Assembly (NCBI GenBank): GCA_035295805.1
Contig: DATGII010000157.1
Location: 158-64,157, forward strand
Length of the DNA: 64,000 nucleotides
Source of the DNA: Bryobacteraceae bacterium
Lineage (GTDB): Bacteria; Acidobacteriota; Terriglobia; Bryobacterales; Bryobacteraceae
Reading direction: 5' to 3'
The notes under the pieces: generated by a model
The model's input: only the letters and a program-made list of their open reading frames with translations
Database searches by the model: none
Told to the model about the DNA's origin: nothing
Made by a program: the position numbers and the translations under genes
Shown here: positions 62,101 through 64,000 of the stretch, one piece after another
Numbering within the stretch: position 1 is the first letter of the stretch
Layout of the letters: every line of letters begins with the position of its first letter

Positions 62101-62847
62101 GAGTGAGGCTTTGCCCGAGATAACCCGGGAAGGATCGGTGGTCACCGTTGCACCTTGCAGTTGAATTCCAGATTTAAGCGTTGGCGCGGTTTTTTCGCCG
62201 TTCTCGAAGGCGATCACCTTCCCAGTAGCGTCCGTGATCTGAATATTATCAATCGAGATTGCGCCCGTGGATCCAATGTTCCAAAGGACTTGGTAATCGG
62301 AATAATTCGCAAGTGTGCTGGTAAGAGTAATATTACCGGTCGCGCCAGACGTCCCCACGATCGGCACAGCTTTCAGAAAGTTAGCCTGAGAGGCTGCCGT
62401 TGCCGAAAAGAACTGCACTACGAAGTAGTTGCTTGGGGGCGTGAGGATCTTGTACTGGAATGTCACTGTATATGAATGGTTTGGAGTAAAGGGAAGAACC
62501 GAAGGATTGGTCGAAAGAAATGCGGTATTCGATGCTGAGCCAAAATACGACCCTTTGATCGATTCGCCACCTGCGATGACTTCGCCTTGGTTTGACGTGA
62601 GCGAGCCCGCTGGGCCGAGGGAGAATGCCGAACCGAGGGTCGGAGCGACGGTTTCGATATCGTCCGAATAGATTTGTGTGTACTGCGCCTGCCAACGAAC
62701 CGGAGTTCCGGAGCCGCCTTGAGCCCACAAAGAGGAGCTGAGGCAGAAGCTCCAGAAGAAGAATTCGAAAATATGATGCAGGCAGACACAATCGCTTGTG
62801 CGGTGCATAATCATTGGACCTTTTTGTAGACAACAGTGCACAACCAC
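59170..62847 (-). CDS. 1225-aa secreted multidomain protein: CBM-like beta-sandwich modules, a central glycoside-hydrolase-like region, and a Solibacter-type C-terminal domain
   Basis: The longest ORF has a GTG at 62847; ATGs at 62814 and 62808 are alternative starts before the hydrophobic FFFWSFCLSSSLWAQG. The last ~220 aa (PVITSVANAAGG...FVSIYGSNF...ISPGQINVQAP...GEVITLWGTGFGPT...AAYQIAIQIPASMPDG...) fit my memory of TIGR03437. Confidence 0.8.
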   Translation of the reverse strand: MVVHCCLQKGPMIMHRTSDCVCLHHIFEFFFWSFCLSSSLWAQGGSGTPVRWQAQYTQIYSDDIETVAPTLGSAFSLGPAGSLTSNQGEVIAGGESIKGSYFGSASNTAFLSTNPSVLPFTPNHSYTVTFQYKILTPPSNYFVVQFFSATAASQANFLKAVPIVGTSGATGNITLTSTLANYSDYQVLWNIGSTGAISIDNIQITDATGKVIAFENGEKTAPTLKSGIQLQGATVTTDPSRVISGKASLLLNNPGGFITDPFVIPIGANTIYTIKFDYRIISPGTADTLFYLWFQPTGTTDQASQVVIPTMLKNSEVTGTFSTGAQTAGRSAYVLHLGIAAAVSLVIDNIFVYRQDVTAQSAPPPSWNYLATAPFPRLGNYILEGTHEMAQFGWDERPFTYTVAQIESRLAFADVIAGLSIHNQTLDPDSIHRIRTLNPNAVILPQRMLEGQQITTPPFGSNIDLDYQLVKSTPDEWKSADTSGNVIGPVNFPDLFYMNISDLVPVVNGQTWRTALPNFLNTQIFPSGVWDGVWFHFMEDALNPDFPHNDDPALFNYDWNRNGLRDETPASTSEMIRAAKAKMLQQINLDTNGSQLIMGNAGGAPQFALAPFVNGYTFECFNSWWNQPGAPIASSSPASWRVEFDSYLRMQTLLRAPQLNIMQACGINASDFNTENFSNAYLTPTSQDLQQHRLSMGTALLGNGFYEYSLKDSLSAPYWFDEYSVDSTGNAIEDRTKKGYLGQPLADASELANPGTLVFQEGFESGVLPNSFIGNPSTAVSITQAAGEFISGGGSLVLSNPDHTKQGTVSVRTNPAVIPLSAGVTYLLIFDWRILETIDCAQSGFRIGVNNGSQSLDHALVPGTVAGDSGTLHFPFTIPSAGNWSINFFLTNGGGKVAIDNVKIYQGGVGPWRRDFENGFVLINPFAQPHTFSVTDLAGALNRTGIHRIKGAQAPDINNGQAVSDSLTLAPFDAIILLADPIHLSAPVITSVANAAGGQHGVASGAFVSIYGSNFTPLPYDDWSKAIINGQLPKQLDTVSVTIGGKPAYIYAISPGQINVQAPDVGNGPVQVVVTTGGGASTPFTTSSLLYSPAFFPWPGNQPVATHADYSIAAKNDTFPGVTTVAAKPGEVITLWGTGFGPTNPLVPAGQEPTAVAPPTQSPVTVTLGGTAIPVLGAVLSSYAAAYQIAIQIPASMPDGDYPIVATLNGAQSPSSSVLTVQHTQ

Positions 62848-63016
62848 TTGGCATAGCTTACGATACGGGAATTCGGTTTTTCAATTTGGCACGAAGGTTC
62901 TCGTAGACGCGCCAGCATGGGCCCTTTTCCGGAACGAAGCGGCCCGGTGGAGATCGAGTGTCACTGGAGTTCAGAAGGATAACCAGAGTGTCGACAGAGA
63001 ACTGAGAATCTCAATT

Positions 63017-63073
63017 AAGGCGTCTGTCCCTCTTGTCCTTTGTCCTTTGGACTCTTACAAAAAGGCGTCTGTC
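63017..63073. repeat. two direct copies of AAGGCGTCTGTC, 45 bp apart, next to the tRNA-proximal att copy
   Basis: 63017-63028 and 63062-63073. The flanks are also similar (…ccctcttgtcctttg versus …tccttttgtcttag). Confidence 0.7.
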
Positions 63074-63101
63074 TCCTTTTGTCTTAGATGCAGCGGAGAG
63101 T

Positions 63102-63175
63102 TGGCTGGGAGGCAGGGATTCGAACCCCGATACGCAGATCCAGAGTCTGCAGTCTTACCGTTAGACGACCTCCCA
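63102..63175 (-). tRNA. tRNA-Gln (anticodon CTG)
   Basis: The minus strand reads TGGGAGG-TC-GTCT-AACGGTA-AGAC-T-GCAGA-CTCTGGA-TCTGC-GTAT-CGGGG-TTCGAAT-CCCTG-CCTCCCA-G-CCA. That is 74 nt, all four stems pair, and the 7-nt anticodon loop carries CTG. Confidence 0.9.
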
Positions 63176-63251
63176 ACAGGAGAGACTTTATTTTAACAAA
63201 CCCGGGCGCGGGCGTTCCAGAACACGCTGCGTAGTACACTGGGGTTTCGCA

Positions 63252-64000
63252 ATGAACAAGTGTCTGCGGCTCTGCGTCGTGGCGGCGCTGGGGCTTTCCG
63301 CTGCCTCCGCGGTCGAGTGGAAAACACTGAAGCCGCAAGGATATGTCAGCGATTTCGCGCGCGTCATCGATGCCGGCACGAAAGAGCGGCTGGAGAATTA
63401 TTGCGGGATCGTCGAGCGCTCGACGGGGGCGCAGATCGCCCTGGTTACGATTCCCTCCCTGGAAGGGGAACCGATCGAGGATGTCGCCAACACGATTTTT
63501 CGGGCGTGGGGCGTCGGGCAGAAGGGCAAAGACGAGGGCATCCTGCTGCTGCTCGCCATCCGGGACCGGCGCAGCCGGCTGGAGGTGGGGTACGGCCTGG
63601 AGCCGATTCTTCCGGACGGACTGGACGGCAGCATTCTGCGGGAGATGCGGCCGGCGTTGCGGCAGCAGCGCTACGGTGAGGCATTTCTGGCGGCGGCCGA
63701 TACGATCGGGAGCGATATCGCGGCGGCGAAACACGTGGCGCTCAACGCGCCGCTGCAGCGCCGCATGCGGCCGACGGCGACCGATTCGATTCCATGGCCG
63801 ATGGTGCTGGGCGGCATTTTTTTGCTGTTCTGGTTGATGCGGGCAGGCGGGCCGCGCGGCTACGGCGGCGGCGGGGGCGGCGGATTCCTGCCGGGGTTGA
63901 TTCTGGGCAGCATGATGAATCGCGGTTCCTGGGGAAGCCGGGGCAGCGGGGGGTTCGGGGGATTCGATTCGGGCGACGGCTTCGGAGGTTTCGGGGGCGG
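63252..64000 (+). CDS. TPM-domain (YgcG-like) protein with Gly-rich C-terminal tail; 3' end runs off the window
   Basis: Not in the ORF track (no stop). MNKCLRLCVVAALGLSAASAVEWKTLKPQGYVSDFARVID...STGAQIALVTIPSLEGEPIEDVANTIFRAWGVGQKGKDEGILLLLAIRDRRSRLEVGYGLE is the TPM pattern. It is followed by a TM helix and GGFGG repeats. Confidence 0.8.
   Translation, partial: MNKCLRLCVVAALGLSAASAVEWKTLKPQGYVSDFARVIDAGTKERLENYCGIVERSTGAQIALVTIPSLEGEPIEDVANTIFRAWGVGQKGKDEGILLLLAIRDRRSRLEVGYGLEPILPDGLDGSILREMRPALRQQRYGEAFLAAADTIGSDIAAAKHVALNAPLQRRMRPTATDSIPWPMVLGGIFLLFWLMRAGGPRGYGGGGGGGFLPGLILGSMMNRGSWGSRGSGGFGGFDSGDGFGGFGG

Larger units (their letters stand above)
58841..63137. mobile_element. putative remnant genomic islet inserted at tRNA-Gln (no integrase present)
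   Basis: Bounded by the 40-bp direct repeat, with the intact tRNA at one end. Its interior is AT-richer in spot counts (about 45-55% GC in sampled lines versus about 60-65% outside). Confidence 0.5.

Noticed and set aside
58881-63097. Integrase, excisionase or transposase inside the tRNA-Gln insertion
   Set aside because: I looked through all frames in the track and the non-coding ends and saw nothing recombinase-like. The element cannot therefore be called an active integrative element, only a remnant.

Overview
High-GC (~60-65% by spot counts) bacterial chromosome segment, probably Acidobacteriota of the Solibacter/Bryobacter type. That guess rests on a TonB-dependent receptor with a carboxypeptidase-regulatory-like N-terminus, a Solibacter-type C-terminal domain on a giant secreted protein, and many exported hypothetical proteins. 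All coordinates not taken from the ORF track were hand-indexed from the printed sequence, and no searches were run.

Layout:
- 0-8.4 kb: housekeeping genes (beta-lactamase-like hydrolase, class II DAHP synthase, mbfA-like, rimO-yacG-pgpA).
- 8.4-21.5 kb: visibly AT-richer block bracketed by two paralogous G8/CEMIP-like secreted beta-helix proteins. It holds a carbamoyltransferase-SxtJ-DUF5989-SGNH cassette, a frameshifted BrnT-like toxin fused to an antitoxin-like tail, an MBL hydrolase with a detached signal peptide, and two copies of an 85-bp structured repeat.
- 21.5-25.7 kb: galK / Na+-solute symporter / galT.
- 25.8-31.7 kb: carrier-protein cassette (LbH acyltransferase, AsnB-like, ACP, NadE-like, AMP-ligase).
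- 31.7-36.1 kb: HDOD protein, dihaem cytochrome c, secreted ankyrin protein.
- 36.2-49.0 kb: my best candidate for an undescribed system. It comprises a GntR regulator, a tightly coupled operon (ring-cleaving dioxygenase, DUF6152, two exported paralogues, two MetE-like proteins) and a TonB-dependent receptor. A third exported paralogue and a LysR gene flank it. All are tied together by seven intergenic copies of the palindrome TGCATGCA placed next to consensus promoters.
- 49-54 kb: dienelactone hydrolase, cytochrome c, orphan TadE/TadE/TadG-like genes.
- 54.4-58.8 kb: four exported enzymes, including a Tat-signal enolase-superfamily protein.
- 58.8-63.1 kb: integrase-less, AT-richer insertion bounded by a 40-bp direct repeat of the 3' end of tRNA-Gln(CTG). 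It carries a 1225-aa secreted protein gene and an RHS-core remnant.
- 63.25 kb to the window end: TPM-domain protein, partial.

No rRNA, CRISPR array, transposase or integrase was recognised. Many long ORFs in the track are antisense artefacts of the high GC content.
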